A DNA stretch of 64,000 nucleotides from Candidatus Wolfebacteria bacterium GW2011_GWE2_44_13 (GCA_001000675.1 LCHW01000001.1:463-64462), one strand, 5' to 3'; shown: positions 26,093 through 36,127, counted from the stretch's first letter. Translations and numbers: made by a program. The notes: a model not told the origin generated them from the letters alone.

Positions 26093-27817
26093 ATGAGAAA
26101 AACTGCTTTCTTTTTAGGGATAGGCGCTGTGCTTATGCTCCTTATTGTATCATTAATACTTTTTTTTAAAAACGAAGCGGGTGAGCATTCCCAAAACCCC
26201 ACCCTTATACAAACTGGGGAAGAGGTTGTTATCACCCCTACCTCTCGTTGGCCCAAGAAGCAGGGTATACGTATAAACGGAGACACTGCCGTGTATGACG
26301 TTGAAGGCCTTGCCGTCTATCGCGATGGCGTGCCAGGTTCATACGGGGAGCAGGGAGAACGTGCACAACGCGTTGCCTATTTTGCTACATGGATGGAACT
26401 CGACCCTCTTTTCGCATCAGCGTATATAGATATTCCCCAGACGCAAAAAACGATTACTGGCCTGCAAAAAACGCAAGATCGTTTTAAAAATGAACTCCGC
26501 GAAACAAGCGATGTATACCCAATTACATTTCTTACTGCTTTTCTTACTGCATCTGCGTCTTTTAAAGATTTCGAAAAGACGTACTCCGAGCAGGCTGCTT
26601 ATACACTCCTTGCGCACATAAAAAAGGCTCGCGACGCTTACGAACAGAACATCCGCAATTTACAAAAGGTCATAGCGCCGCTCATAACGCAACCGCATAA
26701 GCTCGTTTTTCTTGATGGACAAGGAATCTCTGACTACGCGCGAATTTCTGCCGACTTAGATATTATGCTTCGCAATGCTATCGCAATAAAAGATGCAATT
26801 GCTCTACGTGAACAATGTCTCACAAAAGATGCAGGTGCATGCTCCCTTTCGTTACCCTCTACAAAGGAACCATCCCCTATAGAATGGTCTCAAAAAACAT
26901 ATACTGTTTTAAGCCCGAAAGAACTCCACCTCCGTAAGGGCACGCGGTATGATGGTCCCTATCGCGTCGAAGGCCAGTGCTGGAAGGAATCTACCGAACA
27001 ATCAATGCTTGTCGGCACGGAATGCCCCGATTCTCTTAACTACTGTTTCCAAAAATCATTCATAACGGATGATGCATATTACGTAGAAGCTACCACAGGG
27101 AGTTCGTACGAAAAATTCTACAATCAAGGAATTCAAGCTGTTCCCCAGAGCGCAACCACTCCGTACGATTGCATTGACCTTGAATACCAAATGGAGCTCG
27201 CAACAGTACACTCTTTTGTTCGTACCTATGCAAACGAAGCAATTTTCCCACAAATACTCTCCCTAGAGGATCTCAGTGTTTCTGAAAAACAGTCCATGCA
27301 AAGAGGGGCTGAGGCAGAGCGTTTATTCTTTCAAAGTTCCTCTCCTTCTGTTCGTGAACTCGATTACCTTGGAGATTGGTATGGGTATGCGTATGGTATG
27401 CTAGCTATCAACCATCCGGATACTGACCACATACAAAATCTTTTACTCCATCGATACGCCGAGCAGCGAGAGCGCATGTCTGATTTTTATTTGCTCGCTA
27501 ATAAGACATATTTTCATTTTGATAATTTTATCGATGAGCGTGTTTCAAGTAACACATCAACGCCAACGTCTCTTCCCGCCTATGTGTACCCGATACGAAG
27601 CCACTACTCGTTGCTGTATATGAATACCTCTCCTCTTGTTTGGAGAATTCAGGAGCATCCTTTGTATATGCTCAAGAACCAGCCCGCGCCCAAACGGCCT
27701 GAACAAGGGGGTATTCGCAGCAGAGCATACATGTTTGACAAGTATGGTAAGGAGGCTGTTTTACGTTGGCAAGATATGTATGACGCTATTACACCCTTTG
27801 CGCATGATGACAGATGA
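26093..27817 (+). CDS. Hypothetical membrane-anchored protein (574 aa) with one N-terminal TM helix and a large extracytoplasmic domain.
   Basis: MRKTAFFLGIGAVLMLLIVSLILFF. No recognisable catalytic motifs. Confidence 0.55.
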   Translation: MRKTAFFLGIGAVLMLLIVSLILFFKNEAGEHSQNPTLIQTGEEVVITPTSRWPKKQGIRINGDTAVYDVEGLAVYRDGVPGSYGEQGERAQRVAYFATWMELDPLFASAYIDIPQTQKTITGLQKTQDRFKNELRETSDVYPITFLTAFLTASASFKDFEKTYSEQAAYTLLAHIKKARDAYEQNIRNLQKVIAPLITQPHKLVFLDGQGISDYARISADLDIMLRNAIAIKDAIALREQCLTKDAGACSLSLPSTKEPSPIEWSQKTYTVLSPKELHLRKGTRYDGPYRVEGQCWKESTEQSMLVGTECPDSLNYCFQKSFITDDAYYVEATTGSSYEKFYNQGIQAVPQSATTPYDCIDLEYQMELATVHSFVRTYANEAIFPQILSLEDLSVSEKQSMQRGAEAERLFFQSSSPSVRELDYLGDWYGYAYGMLAINHPDTDHIQNLLLHRYAEQRERMSDFYLLANKTYFHFDNFIDERVSSNTSTPTSLPAYVYPIRSHYSLLYMNTSPLVWRIQEHPLYMLKNQPAPKRPEQGGIRSRAYMFDKYGKEAVLRWQDMYDAITPFAHDDR

Positions 27818-27852
27818 AGTTTTTTATCACAAGCATCGTACCTACTAAAAAA

Positions 27853-27880
27853 GGAACCGCCTAGGCGATTCCTTTTTTGT
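27853..27880. terminator. Bidirectional terminator hairpin GGAACCGCCTAGGCGATTCC with flanking A/T runs.
   Basis: Inverted repeat lying between convergent genes. It is the reverse complement of the hairpin at 21937-21958. Confidence 0.5.
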
Positions 27881-27881
27881 T

Positions 27882-28325
27882 TTATTTAACTTCTATTATT
27901 CGTTCCTTTGCTGTGTCGCCGTGTGCCAACACTACAGTCACTTTTTCTCGGGGGAGTATTGTGCGTATTCGCTCCGGCCACTCTATAAGAATAATATTTT
28001 TAGGATCTTTCAGTAGGTCACTAAATCCCAAATCATTCATCTCTTTCGCTTCGCCAATTCGATAGCAGTCGAAGTGATGCACTTTTGAAAAATTCCCCGC
28101 TCGCACCGTATATGAACGAAGGAGGGCAAACGTCGGACTAAGAATTCTTTTCTTTACACCCAATGCACGCATTAAACCCTGCGTAAATGTAGTCTTCCCA
28201 GCGCCAAGGTCACCTTTAAGGAGCACTGCCAGCGCGCGCTTTCTTGGTGTTATCGCTACAAGCTCCTCGGCAAATATTTTTGCCACAAGCTTTGTCTCCG
28301 TTGCTGACTTCGTCTTATACTTCAT
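27882..28325 (-). CDS. tsaE: tRNA threonylcarbamoyladenosine (t6A) biosynthesis protein TsaE (YjeE ATPase).
   Basis: P-loop LKGDLGAGKTTFTQGL. Start at MKYKTKS, within track ORF 27882..28361. Confidence 0.75.
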   Translation of the reverse strand: MKYKTKSATETKLVAKIFAEELVAITPRKRALAVLLKGDLGAGKTTFTQGLMRALGVKKRILSPTFALLRSYTVRAGNFSKVHHFDCYRIGEAKEMNDLGFSDLLKDPKNIILIEWPERIRTILPREKVTVVLAHGDTAKERIIEVK

Positions 28326-28367
28326 TGTTTGTATGATGCAAAATATTCCACGGAATTGCAACTATTC

Positions 28368-28412
28368 CACCCCAACAAAAAACAACCCATACGGGTTGTT
28401 TTTTGTTGGCCG
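28368..28412. terminator. Bidirectional intrinsic terminator (AACAACCCATACGGGTTGTT stem with T/A runs on both sides).
   Basis: Seen in the sequence between rpsI and tsaE. Confidence 0.55.
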
Positions 28413-28419
28413 ATATATA

Positions 28420-28977
28420 TCAGCGCTTCTTCCACTGTGGGGCACGTCGTGCCTTGCGAAGACCTGGCTTCTTTCGTTCTACTGCTCGTGGATCACGAGT
28501 AAGTAGATCGAGTCGGCGCAAGCGCTTCTGGAATACCGGGTTGAACTCAATCAACGCACGGGCGATTCCGAGGCGAGCTGCCTGGGATTGAGCCATAGGG
28601 CCTCCTCCTTTTACCTTGATGATTGCTCCAAGCTTGTCTACGATTTTCATCTTCTCAAGCGGGCTTTCAACATCTTTCTCATAACGCTCTACTCCAAAGT
28701 ATTCCTTAAGCGTTTTGTTGTTTATCACGATACCTTCCATCTTTGTGAAGAGGCGTACGCGAGCAACGGCAGTCTTTCGTCGCCCTACGGCTTCGAAATA
28801 CTTGTCCTTCTTTCCGCTGCGCTTTGCCTTTCCTTCAGTGGCTTCAACCTCTTCCTCTACCGAGACTTCGGCGGTCACATCAGCAACCTCTTCGACGGTC
28901 TCCGTATCGGCAACTACTTCTGTCTTTGCCTTGGTTGGGACTTTTTCGGTTTTAATTTTTTTCGTTGTTTCCGTCAT
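28420..28977 (-). CDS. rpsI: 30S ribosomal protein S9 with an acidic N-terminal extension.
   Basis: YFEAVGRRKTAVARVRLF...C-terminal LLTRDPRAVERKKPGLRKARRAPQWKKR matches the S9 signature. 185 aa, compared with about 130 aa typically. Confidence 0.9.
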   Translation of the reverse strand: MTETTKKIKTEKVPTKAKTEVVADTETVEEVADVTAEVSVEEEVEATEGKAKRSGKKDKYFEAVGRRKTAVARVRLFTKMEGIVINNKTLKEYFGVERYEKDVESPLEKMKIVDKLGAIIKVKGGGPMAQSQAARLGIARALIEFNPVFQKRLRRLDLLTRDPRAVERKKPGLRKARRAPQWKKR

Positions 28978-28986
28978 AGGTTTTTA

Positions 28987-29328
28987 TTATTCGATGACCA
29001 ACCGCTTAATGCGGATAATTTGCAATCGGTTCTTTGGCAACATGCGCATAACCGCTCGTCGCAATACCTCCTGCTTTCCTTTCTTTGCAACCACTTCCTC
29101 ATAGGTTTCCTGTTTTATTCCACCCATGAATCCGGTGTGTCGGTAGTAGATCTTGTCGGTCTCTTTCCGTCCACTGATTGTCATGCCTTCAATGTTCTTC
29201 ACGATTGCTCGATCTTCTCCTGCAAGCCGTGGCTCGTAGTTCGGGCTCTTTTTGCCCTGTAAGATCGTCGAGATTTCCGTTGCAAGGCGTCCCATGTTTT
29301 TATTTTTTGCGTCTAATATATAATCCAT
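28987..29328 (-). CDS. rplM: 50S ribosomal protein L13.
   Basis: LGRLATEISTILQGKKSPNYEPRLAGEDRAIV...YYRHTGFMGGIK matches the L13 pattern. Confidence 0.9.
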   Translation of the reverse strand: MDYILDAKNKNMGRLATEISTILQGKKSPNYEPRLAGEDRAIVKNIEGMTISGRKETDKIYYRHTGFMGGIKQETYEEVVAKKGKQEVLRRAVMRMLPKNRLQIIRIKRLVIE

Positions 29329-29477
29329 TGTTCTGTAGCTCGTCCGCTCGATGGCTTATGAGTTTAGGGGTAGTATTTACCAGTAAACTTATCCTGCCAC
29401 AAACTAAGTCGCTAGTCAAATTACTTACACAGCGCTATTTCTTTGCACTGTGCTTCTACTACCCTGTTTGGGTAGTA

Positions 29478-31622
29478 TTATTTTCGGCCTTCAACAACCT
29501 GTTGAGTGATGTTGTTTGGCACTTCTTCATAATGGCTAAACACCATTGAGAAGCTTCCTCGACCTTGTGTCATTGACCGCAGCCTCGTTGCGTATCCGAA
29601 CATTTCAGACAACGGCACTTGAGCGTCGATCACCTTTATGTTTGAGCGATCATTCATCTCTTCGATTCTTCCTCGCTTTGCGCTGATATCGCCGGTGATG
29701 TCTCCCATGAATTCAGTAGGTATTAATACCTGCACTTTCATAAACGGTTCCATCAATACTGGCTTACATCGCTTTGCGGCATCGGCAAACGCCATACCTG
29801 CTGCGAGTTTGAATGCGATTTCCGACGAGTCGACTTCGTGGTACGATCCATCGTACAACGTTACCTCAACGTCAGTCATTGGGAATCCTGCGATCGTTCC
29901 CTTATCCATACATTCTCGAAGTCCCTTTTCAACCGGGGAGATAAATTCCTGAGGAATCGTACCACCCTTAATTTGGTTGTTAAAGACAAATCCTTTTCCT
30001 TGTTCAGCTGGCTTCATCTTGATCTTTACGTGACCGTATTGACCCTTACCACCCGACTGCTTTACATACTTTCCTTCGGCATCCGCTTCGCCTTTGATAG
30101 CTTCGCGATATGCAACCTGAGGACGTCCGGTGTTTGCTTCTACGTTAAACTCTCGCTTCATGCGGTCGATGAGAATTTCAAGGTGAAGTTCTCCCATACC
30201 TGCAATGATCGTTTCTCCCGTTTCTTGATCGCTCGAGATTCGGAATGTTGGATCTTCTTCAGCAAGGCGTCGCATAGCGATACCCATCTTTTCTTGGTCA
30301 GCCTTTGTCTTCGGTTCGATACGAACTGAGATAACTGGCTCTGGGAATGTAATCTTCTCGAGCATGATTGGCTTCTCCGGATCGCACAAGGTGTCTCCCG
30401 TTGATGTATTCTTCAACCCGACGATTGCGCCAAGGTCTCCTGCATACATTTCGTCAACTTCTTCACGCTTGTTTGAGTGCATACGTACGATACGGCTAAT
30501 GCGCTCTTGGTTTCCCTTGCTTGCGTTTAAGATGTAGCTGCCCTTTTTAAGAACACCTGCATATACACGGAAGTAGGTGAGTGAACCTACGAACGGATCG
30601 GTTGCAATCTTGAACGCAAGACCAGTGAATGGTTCTTCGTCATTCGGCTTACGCGTCATAACGATTGATTCATCACGTACGTCTGTTCCTTTGATTGGCT
30701 TCAACTCATCGATATCGATTGGGGAAGGCAAGTAGTCAAGAATTGCATCGAGTAAAAGCTGTACACCCTTGTTCTTCAATGCTGAACCGGTCAACACAGG
30801 CACAATCCTGTTATCAATCGTTGCCTTGCGCAATCCTGCGCGCAACTCGTCTTCTGAGATTTCTTCACCAGCGAGGTATTTCTCCATGAGAGGCTCGTCG
30901 GTTTCAACAATCTTTTCTACGAGAATGCCTCGCATTTCTTCAACCTTACCTGCGATATCAGCAGGAATATCTCCTTCGATAATGTTTTCACCGTGATCAC
31001 CCTGGAAGCGAATTGCTTTCATGGTCATAAGGTCTACAACACCTTCAAAGGCAGCTTCTGACCCGATTGGCCACTGGATTGCCACCGCATTGGTGGTTAA
31101 TCGCTCGTGGATAGAACGGAATGAATTTTCAAAGCTTGCTCCCGTGCGATCCATTTTGTTGATGAAACACATGCGGGGAACTCGATACTTATCAGCTTGA
31201 TGCCAAACCGTTTCCGATTGTGGCTCAACGCCTGCAACGCCGTCGAAAGCAACTACGCCACCGTCGAGTACACGCAATGAACGCTCAACTTCAACGGTGA
31301 AGTCTACGTGCCCTGGGGTATCGATGATGTTAATACGATGTTCTCCAAGCTTCTTTGCTTCTTGTCGTGCTGCGTCATCTTTTAAGTGACGTGTCTTGCG
31401 GCTTGAAGTCCAGAAACAGTTTGTTGCAGCAGATGTGATGGTAATACCTCGCTCTCGCTCTTGCTCCATCCAGTCCATGATTGCTTCTCCTTCGTGTACC
31501 TCACCAATACGATGGGAGATACCCGTGTAGAACAAAATACGTTCGCTGATCGTGGTCTTACCCGCATCGATGTGGGCAATGATTCCGATGTCGCGATATC
31601 TTTCTATTGGATATTGTCTCAT
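29478..31622 (-). CDS. fusA: Translation elongation factor G.
   Basis: [28 protein letters not shown], 714 aa. Contains a lineage-specific insertion of about 20 aa ([22 protein letters not shown]) before the [10 protein letters not shown] motif. Confidence 0.95.
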   Translation of the reverse strand: MRQYPIERYRDIGIIAHIDAGKTTISERILFYTGISHRIGEVHEGEAIMDWMEQERERGITITSAATNCFWTSSRKTRHLKDDAARQEAKKLGEHRINIIDTPGHVDFTVEVERSLRVLDGGVVAFDGVAGVEPQSETVWHQADKYRVPRMCFINKMDRTGASFENSFRSIHERLTTNAVAIQWPIGSEAAFEGVVDLMTMKAIRFQGDHGENIIEGDIPADIAGKVEEMRGILVEKIVETDEPLMEKYLAGEEISEDELRAGLRKATIDNRIVPVLTGSALKNKGVQLLLDAILDYLPSPIDIDELKPIKGTDVRDESIVMTRKPNDEEPFTGLAFKIATDPFVGSLTYFRVYAGVLKKGSYILNASKGNQERISRIVRMHSNKREEVDEMYAGDLGAIVGLKNTSTGDTLCDPEKPIMLEKITFPEPVISVRIEPKTKADQEKMGIAMRRLAEEDPTFRISSDQETGETIIAGMGELHLEILIDRMKREFNVEANTGRPQVAYREAIKGEADAEGKYVKQSGGKGQYGHVKIKMKPAEQGKGFVFNNQIKGGTIPQEFISPVEKGLRECMDKGTIAGFPMTDVEVTLYDGSYHEVDSSEIAFKLAAGMAFADAAKRCKPVLMEPFMKVQVLIPTEFMGDITGDISAKRGRIEEMNDRSNIKVIDAQVPLSEMFGYATRLRSMTQGRGSFSMVFSHYEEVPNNITQQVVEGRK

Positions 31623-31645
31623 ATACTACGATTTATGTGTTGTGA

Positions 31646-32113
31646 TTATCGAGCAAAGTGTGCAAAGGCGCGGTTTGCTTCGGCCATCTTATGCACGTTC
31701 TGTTTCTTCTTGATCGCAGTTCCTTCGCCCTTATAGGCTGCGATGAGCTCTTCAGCGAGACGCTCTGACATAGCCTTGCCCTTTTTGGCTCGTGCTGCGT
31801 CGATCATCCACTTACAACCGAGGAAGAACTTTCGTTCTGCTCGTACTTCGCGGGGAACCTGGTAGTTTGCACCACCAACGCGCTTACTAACAACTTCGAG
31901 AAGGGGAGAAGCATTTTCCAATGCTTTCTCAAACACTTCCAACGGGCTCATTTGCAATTCCTTTTCGATGATGTCAAATGCTCCGTATACTACTCGTTCT
32001 GCAACTGTCTTTTCTCCATCGTACATTAAGTAATTGGTGAAGCGAGACAGTGCGATTGATCCGTGCTTTACGTCCGGAGTGTGATATTTTTTGAATTTTC
32101 TGTTTCTTCGCAT
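31646..32113 (-). CDS. rpsG: 30S ribosomal protein S7.
   Basis: 155 aa, lying between rpsL and fusA (str operon order). Confidence 0.95.
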   Translation of the reverse strand: MRRNRKFKKYHTPDVKHGSIALSRFTNYLMYDGEKTVAERVVYGAFDIIEKELQMSPLEVFEKALENASPLLEVVSKRVGGANYQVPREVRAERKFFLGCKWMIDAARAKKGKAMSERLAEELIAAYKGEGTAIKKKQNVHKMAEANRAFAHFAR

Positions 32114-32126
32114 AGATGTGTTCTAT

Positions 32127-32546
32127 TTATTTAGCTGTCTTTGCCTTCTTAGCTCCATACTTACTTCGGCTCTGGTTCATTTTTACACAGCCTGTCGTAT
32201 CAAGAACTCCACGAACGATGTGATATCGTACACCTGGTAAATCCTTTACGCGACCACCGCGAATCATAACTACAGAGTGCTCCTGGAGGTTGTGTCCCAT
32301 TCCTGGAATGTACGCAGACACTTCCATACCGTTGGTCAAACGAACACGAGCGACCTTTCGAAGTGCCGAGTTCGGCTTCTTCGGAGTGGTGGTGAACACC
32401 TTCAAACATACGCCTCGTTTAAACGGAGACGTCGAGTTCACCGGGCGATTCAAGATCGTATTGAAATACAATCCCATTGCTGGCGACTTAGACTTCTGAG
32501 CTTTGCTCTGTCGTCCTTTTTTAATCAACTGTCTTATAGTAGGCAT
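32127..32546 (-). CDS. rpsL: 30S ribosomal protein S12.
   Basis: [27 protein letters not shown]...GHNLQEHS...[18 protein letters not shown]. Carries an insertion of about 12 aa ([18 protein letters not shown]) relative to the E. coli length. Confidence 0.95.
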   Translation of the reverse strand: MPTIRQLIKKGRQSKAQKSKSPAMGLYFNTILNRPVNSTSPFKRGVCLKVFTTTPKKPNSALRKVARVRLTNGMEVSAYIPGMGHNLQEHSVVMIRGGRVKDLPGVRYHIVRGVLDTTGCVKMNQSRSKYGAKKAKTAK

Positions 32547-32574
32547 CCTCTTTAAGAACGTATGCCTTTAGCGA

Positions 32575-32685
32575 ACTGCTTTGTTGCCGTCTTTGCGCGC
32601 GCCCTCGAAGGAGGGTTTCTCCATCTCGGTTACGTGCTCGCCGGCGCCTCGCATTTCATCTAAACTCATGCGTTCTTTTTGTTAA
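32575..32685. repeat. Copy A of an about 90-bp repeat (core CTCGAAGGAGGGTTTCTCCATCTCGG...CGCCGGCGCCTCGC...ATCTAA) in the rpsL upstream region.
   Basis: Direct repeat with copy B (32850-32945). A third, more diverged copy lies at 49155-49250 in the rpmH-rnpA spacer. Confidence 0.6.
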
Positions 32686-32849
32686 TATATATCTAATAAC
32701 ATCCCTTCTAACGGATTTCTGCGCATAATAGTTGGACTACATCTCCTCCAGAAAAATTAATTTCCTTCTTAGACATAGGAACGATTCCGCTATCATGAGT
32801 GCGTAGATCCAAAAGGGTTTCATTCGAATTTTCGCAATTAGCAAATCGC

Positions 32850-32945
32850 TTCGTTGCCTTCCTCGCAATCTTCCTCGAAGGAGGGTTTCTCCATCTCGGT
32901 CGTTTGCTCGTCGGCGCCTCGCGCTTTATCTAATTACAGAAATCC
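32850..32945. repeat. Copy B of the same about 90-bp repeat.
   Basis: Nearly identical core to copy A. Confidence 0.6.
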
Positions 32946-33108
32946 GCCATCTTCATTAGTACCTGCGCCACTACTTCTTTTTTACTCGTAGTGCCGTATG
33001 TTTCCCGATGAAGTTTGTCCCCCGTTATATCTTCTTTATTTGGATCAGTGCCAAATAGATAGTATATATCGATGACTATTCCAAATCTAGGTAAAACCTA
33101 GAAAAGGG

Positions 33109-33182
33109 TGGATGCTGGGGGATTCGAACCCTCGACCCCCTCGGTGTAAACGAGGTGCTCTAACCAACTGAGCTAAGCATCC
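33109..33182 (-). tRNA. tRNA-Val (anticodon TAC).
   Basis: Minus-strand read GGATGCTTAGCTCAGTTGGTTAGAGCACCTCGTTTACACCGAGGGGGTCGAGGGTTCGAATCCCCCAGCATCCA. Clean cloverleaf with anticodon loop TTTACAC. CCA is not genomically encoded. Confidence 0.85.
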
Positions 33183-33377
33183 AGATGTAATAACCAAATA
33201 CCAAGAAACAATAATCAAACATTTCGCAAAAAGAAAGCTACTAAAATATATCTTTCTCGGCTGGAAATGCCCACTTCTTAAGTGCATCTATAATACCGCT
33301 ACTTATATAAATAGTCAATATTTATCAGAACCCAAAGGAAGTTCGAACTCATACCTATACTATCTACATTCTAATAA

Positions 33378-33402
33378 AAAAAGACGGCCGTAGGCCGTCT
33401 AT
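33378..33402. terminator. Terminator hairpin AGACGGCCGTAGGCCGTCT preceded by an A-run (T-run on the minus strand).
   Basis: Lies 3' of the minus-strand gene 33421..33696. Confidence 0.5.
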
Positions 33403-33420
33403 GCCGAATAATAGCCGCTA

Positions 33421-33696
33421 TTAAAGAAGTAGGTGTACAGGCTCCTTCCCCTCCTCTTCGATTATTATTTTTACTTTCGGATCCTTGTCGATATTCGCGA
33501 CCAGAATGCCGAGTTTGAAAAATTTCGTTATGAGCGTTCGACGGCCCTCCCCACGCTCTTTACTGATGCGATTCATTTCTTCCATCACCTTATCAGGGAT
33601 AGTTATAACATTCCTCCCAAAATGGATGTCTTTTCTGAACACAAAAGCAAAAACAGCGATGACAGCTCCAAACTTGATAAACATTTCCAGATTCAT
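33421..33696 (-). CDS. Small hypothetical protein, possibly a ribbon-helix-helix (CopG/Arc-like) DNA-binding protein with a hydrophobic N-terminus.
   Basis: Segment RNVITIPDKVMEEMNRISKERGEGRRTLI resembles the RHH beta-strand/helix pattern. Weak call. Confidence 0.3.
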   Translation of the reverse strand: MNLEMFIKFGAVIAVFAFVFRKDIHFGRNVITIPDKVMEEMNRISKERGEGRRTLITKFFKLGILVANIDKDPKVKIIIEEEGKEPVHLLL

Positions 33697-33806
33697 AAAT
33701 CCTCCGATCGCTATGGGTTTAGTAGGGGCTGCTGATTATTTAACACAAATAGACTCCCTGGTCAACTTTTAAAGCCACACGAGACCCTTTTAGTGGGCTC
33801 CCAACC

Positions 33807-34442
33807 CTAGTTCTCCTTAGGAAACTCCACATCTTCTTTTATAGTCTTTGTAATGCAATATTCTACGGTAAAGACGATAATTAAGAACAAAGCAGCCCCA
33901 AACATGAACGTTTTTACGTCTTTTTTGAGTAAATGCACCCTATCTGCGAACATATATCCTAAGGAAACGAAGGTTGTTGCCCAAATGAACGCCGCTGGGA
34001 GGCTGTAAGTAAGGAGTTTTTTTAGGGGAGTTTTAGAGTATCCGCTAGAAAGTAGCGTTACTCGATTCATGCCCCATGCAAATTTTGATGCAAAAATATA
34101 AATTCCCTCTCTTTTCTTCATTTTTATGAAGAATTTCTCCATTTTCTTGATATTTATGAACCAAAAACGTTCTTTTCCTGTTTTATGTATCATTTTCCCG
34201 ATATACCAATAGCCAACATCATGGATTGTTACTCCGACAAAAGCTATAAGAATCGTATTCATATAGTCAATTGCCTCTCCGTTTATTAATATACCCGCTA
34301 AAATAAGAAAAGCTTCTCCTTCGATAAACATACCCGCAAAAATAATCGCGTACGTTGTATATTGCCCAATTTCAGAAAAATTTGTGAGTAATTGCTCTAC
34401 CATATATGTGTTTCGTCCGTAGAGTATACCATCGTTTTGCAT
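33807..34442 (-). CDS. DedA/SNARE-associated (TVP38/TMEM64) family membrane protein.
   Basis: Multi-TM protein; AIIFAGMFIEGEAFLILAGIL is a DedA-like motif. The start may be the internal MVEQLL. Confidence 0.6.
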   Translation of the reverse strand: MQNDGILYGRNTYMVEQLLTNFSEIGQYTTYAIIFAGMFIEGEAFLILAGILINGEAIDYMNTILIAFVGVTIHDVGYWYIGKMIHKTGKERFWFINIKKMEKFFIKMKKREGIYIFASKFAWGMNRVTLLSSGYSKTPLKKLLTYSLPAAFIWATTFVSLGYMFADRVHLLKKDVKTFMFGAALFLIIVFTVEYCITKTIKEDVEFPKEN

Positions 34443-34494
34443 TATTTAACAAAAAACCCGCCTGTTTCCATAGGCGGGCAGTTTTTAAGGCTTT

Positions 34495-34917
34495 TTAGTG
34501 GAACATATAGTCTCGCAGGACCCATTGTTCCACCATGGTTTTCCCGTCCCCATTAAAGAGAAATGCCTTTGAAACCGTCCCGATTACTCGATTTCGCCGG
34601 TCATACGCGACTGCCATCACGCTAACCACCACGTTATCCCGCAGTTGGTTATTAATTAGCAGTTCGGTTTCGGTTTTCGGCATGTTCCTCCCGGGCAATT
34701 CCGTACCATTTTTCACGTATCGCACCCAGTACTGCGATGCGTTGACGAGGTAGAGGTGAGAATGGAGATAGAAACCATTCTCACCCTCGGGAGCATATTC
34801 CCGACTGTAATCTTGCTTCCCTTCAAGTGGCACGGGTGGAGTAATAATCAGCTGCATACCACTGCAACCACTCAGAATCGCCATCGTAACCACGATTATC
34901 CAGATACACTTCTTCAT
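34495..34917 (-). CDS. Putative lipoprotein (140 aa).
   Basis: Signal peptide plus lipobox MKKCIWIIVVTMAILSGCSG. Confidence 0.55.
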   Translation of the reverse strand: MKKCIWIIVVTMAILSGCSGMQLIITPPVPLEGKQDYSREYAPEGENGFYLHSHLYLVNASQYWVRYVKNGTELPGRNMPKTETELLINNQLRDNVVVSVMAVAYDRRNRVIGTVSKAFLFNGDGKTMVEQWVLRDYMFH

Positions 34918-35077
34918 TACATCCTCCTTGCGTCGGGATAGGGGTTAAATTTCTCCTGTACTGTTTCTATAGTGCAAGTTTTCCTTCTTCTTGTCAACTT
35001 TTCTTGACTTTTCCTCCTATTCTTTGCATACTATTTTCAGCTTTTATCTTTAACATCATTCTTCTGGAGGTGCATCA

Positions 35078-35527
35078 ATGTTTGAGCTCTGGCACAACAC
35101 TAGCCCCGTACTGCTGATAACGTTCGCTCTACTGGTGATTGTCACCGCTTTTATTAACGTAAACACGGTTTTCGGCTTCACTCGAAGTGCGGGCACTTTC
35201 AATCCTTCGGCCGACGTCCTTGGCTGCCTCGGTGGAATTCTCTTTCTTTTCATCTCTCTCGGCTTTGCGTTGTATATCGGCCACAGCTCGGGAGTTATCC
35301 ATGGCGCCGGCACGCCACTGCAAAAACTAAGGGTGGGCGAGCCGTATCGCGTAGATGCAGTTGCGAGAGATGCCTTCATCCTTACGCAGGTTTCTACCGG
35401 CAGAGAGGCGTACTTTAAAATTCGCATTACGCCCACTCCTCCCCAGGTGGACGACCGTATTCTCATTGATGCTACTGGAGACTGTCATATCGTGCGGCCG
35501 AATCAAAAGCCCGTACTCAGTCCTTAA
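35078..35527 (+). CDS. Small two-TM membrane protein. Paralog of 35645..36073.
   Basis: GGAGGTG RBS 7 nt upstream. Two hydrophobic helices followed by a soluble C-terminal domain (GEPYRVDAVARDAFILTQV). Confidence 0.6.
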   Translation: MFELWHNTSPVLLITFALLVIVTAFINVNTVFGFTRSAGTFNPSADVLGCLGGILFLFISLGFALYIGHSSGVIHGAGTPLQKLRVGEPYRVDAVARDAFILTQVSTGREAYFKIRITPTPPQVDDRILIDATGDCHIVRPNQKPVLSP

Positions 35528-35537
35528 ACGTTCCTTT

Positions 35538-35567
35538 GCGCCCGCATTCATGCGGGCCTTTTTTATT
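35538..35567 (+). terminator. Intrinsic terminator GCGCCCGCATTCATGCGGGC plus T-run.
   Basis: Seen in the sequence. Confidence 0.7.
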
Positions 35568-35644
35568 ACTGCACCTTGACTTTTTTATTCATTCGTCTCA
35601 CTATATATTCAGATTTTAACTTTAACAACTGACTGGAGGTTCCT

Positions 35645-36073
35645 ATGTTCCCGAAATCTGCGTCCTTGCAAATCCGAGTTTTGTTCATTTTTTCCTTCCT
35701 TTTTGCATTTGCTGGATTATTATTCGGGTTTACTCTCCCCGATTATCTCGCAATGCTTTCGGTAAATCAGCGCTTTCCACTCTTTATGTTGTCCCTTTTC
35801 CTCCTCTTTATCGTTGCCATTTTAATGTTTTGTTTCGGGAAAGGTGCCGGCAAGGATGAGCATCGAGGGATGCCTACTAGCGACCTTGTTGCGGGGCAGG
35901 TTTATCGGGTGAAGGCGCAGTGCGAAGATTTTTTCCTCCTTTATTGCCACTCAACCAAGCAAACTATTTTCTTCTTCTCTAAAGAGAAGAGGCCTCCCTT
36001 GGTTGAACAATGCTTTATTCCTGATTATTCTGGAGACTGGTATTCGGTTGGAGACCCGCCCGAAAAGTCTTGA
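35645..36073 (+). CDS. Small two-TM membrane protein. Paralog of 35078..35527.
   Basis: GGAGGT RBS. Same architecture, with C-terminal GQVYRVKAQCEDFFLLY. Confidence 0.6.
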   Translation: MFPKSASLQIRVLFIFSFLFAFAGLLFGFTLPDYLAMLSVNQRFPLFMLSLFLLFIVAILMFCFGKGAGKDEHRGMPTSDLVAGQVYRVKAQCEDFFLLYCHSTKQTIFFFSKEKRPPLVEQCFIPDYSGDWYSVGDPPEKS

Positions 36074-36095
36074 GGGAATGGTTTGTGATTCCCCG

Positions 36096-36127
36096 CCCGT
36101 TCCGCATCTTGCGGAACGGGTTTTTTG
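36096..36127 (+). terminator. Intrinsic terminator CCCGTTCCGC-ATCTT-GCGGAACGGG plus TTTTTT.
   Basis: Perfect 10-bp stem with a T-run. Confidence 0.75.

Noticed and set aside
32277-32555. Plus-strand ORFs 32277..32555 and 32290..32499.
   Set aside because: Antisense to rpsL, which is a near-universally conserved gene.
32568-32669. 33-aa minus-strand ORF (MSLDEMRGAGEHVTEMEKPSFEGARKDGNKAVR) ending 21 nt upstream of rpsL, as a possible leader peptide.
   Set aside because: Its conserved part coincides with a DNA repeat. The paralogous copy has a different frame upstream, the third copy (49155-49250) has an immediate stop, and no SD precedes its ATG. Kept only as a note under the repeat finding.
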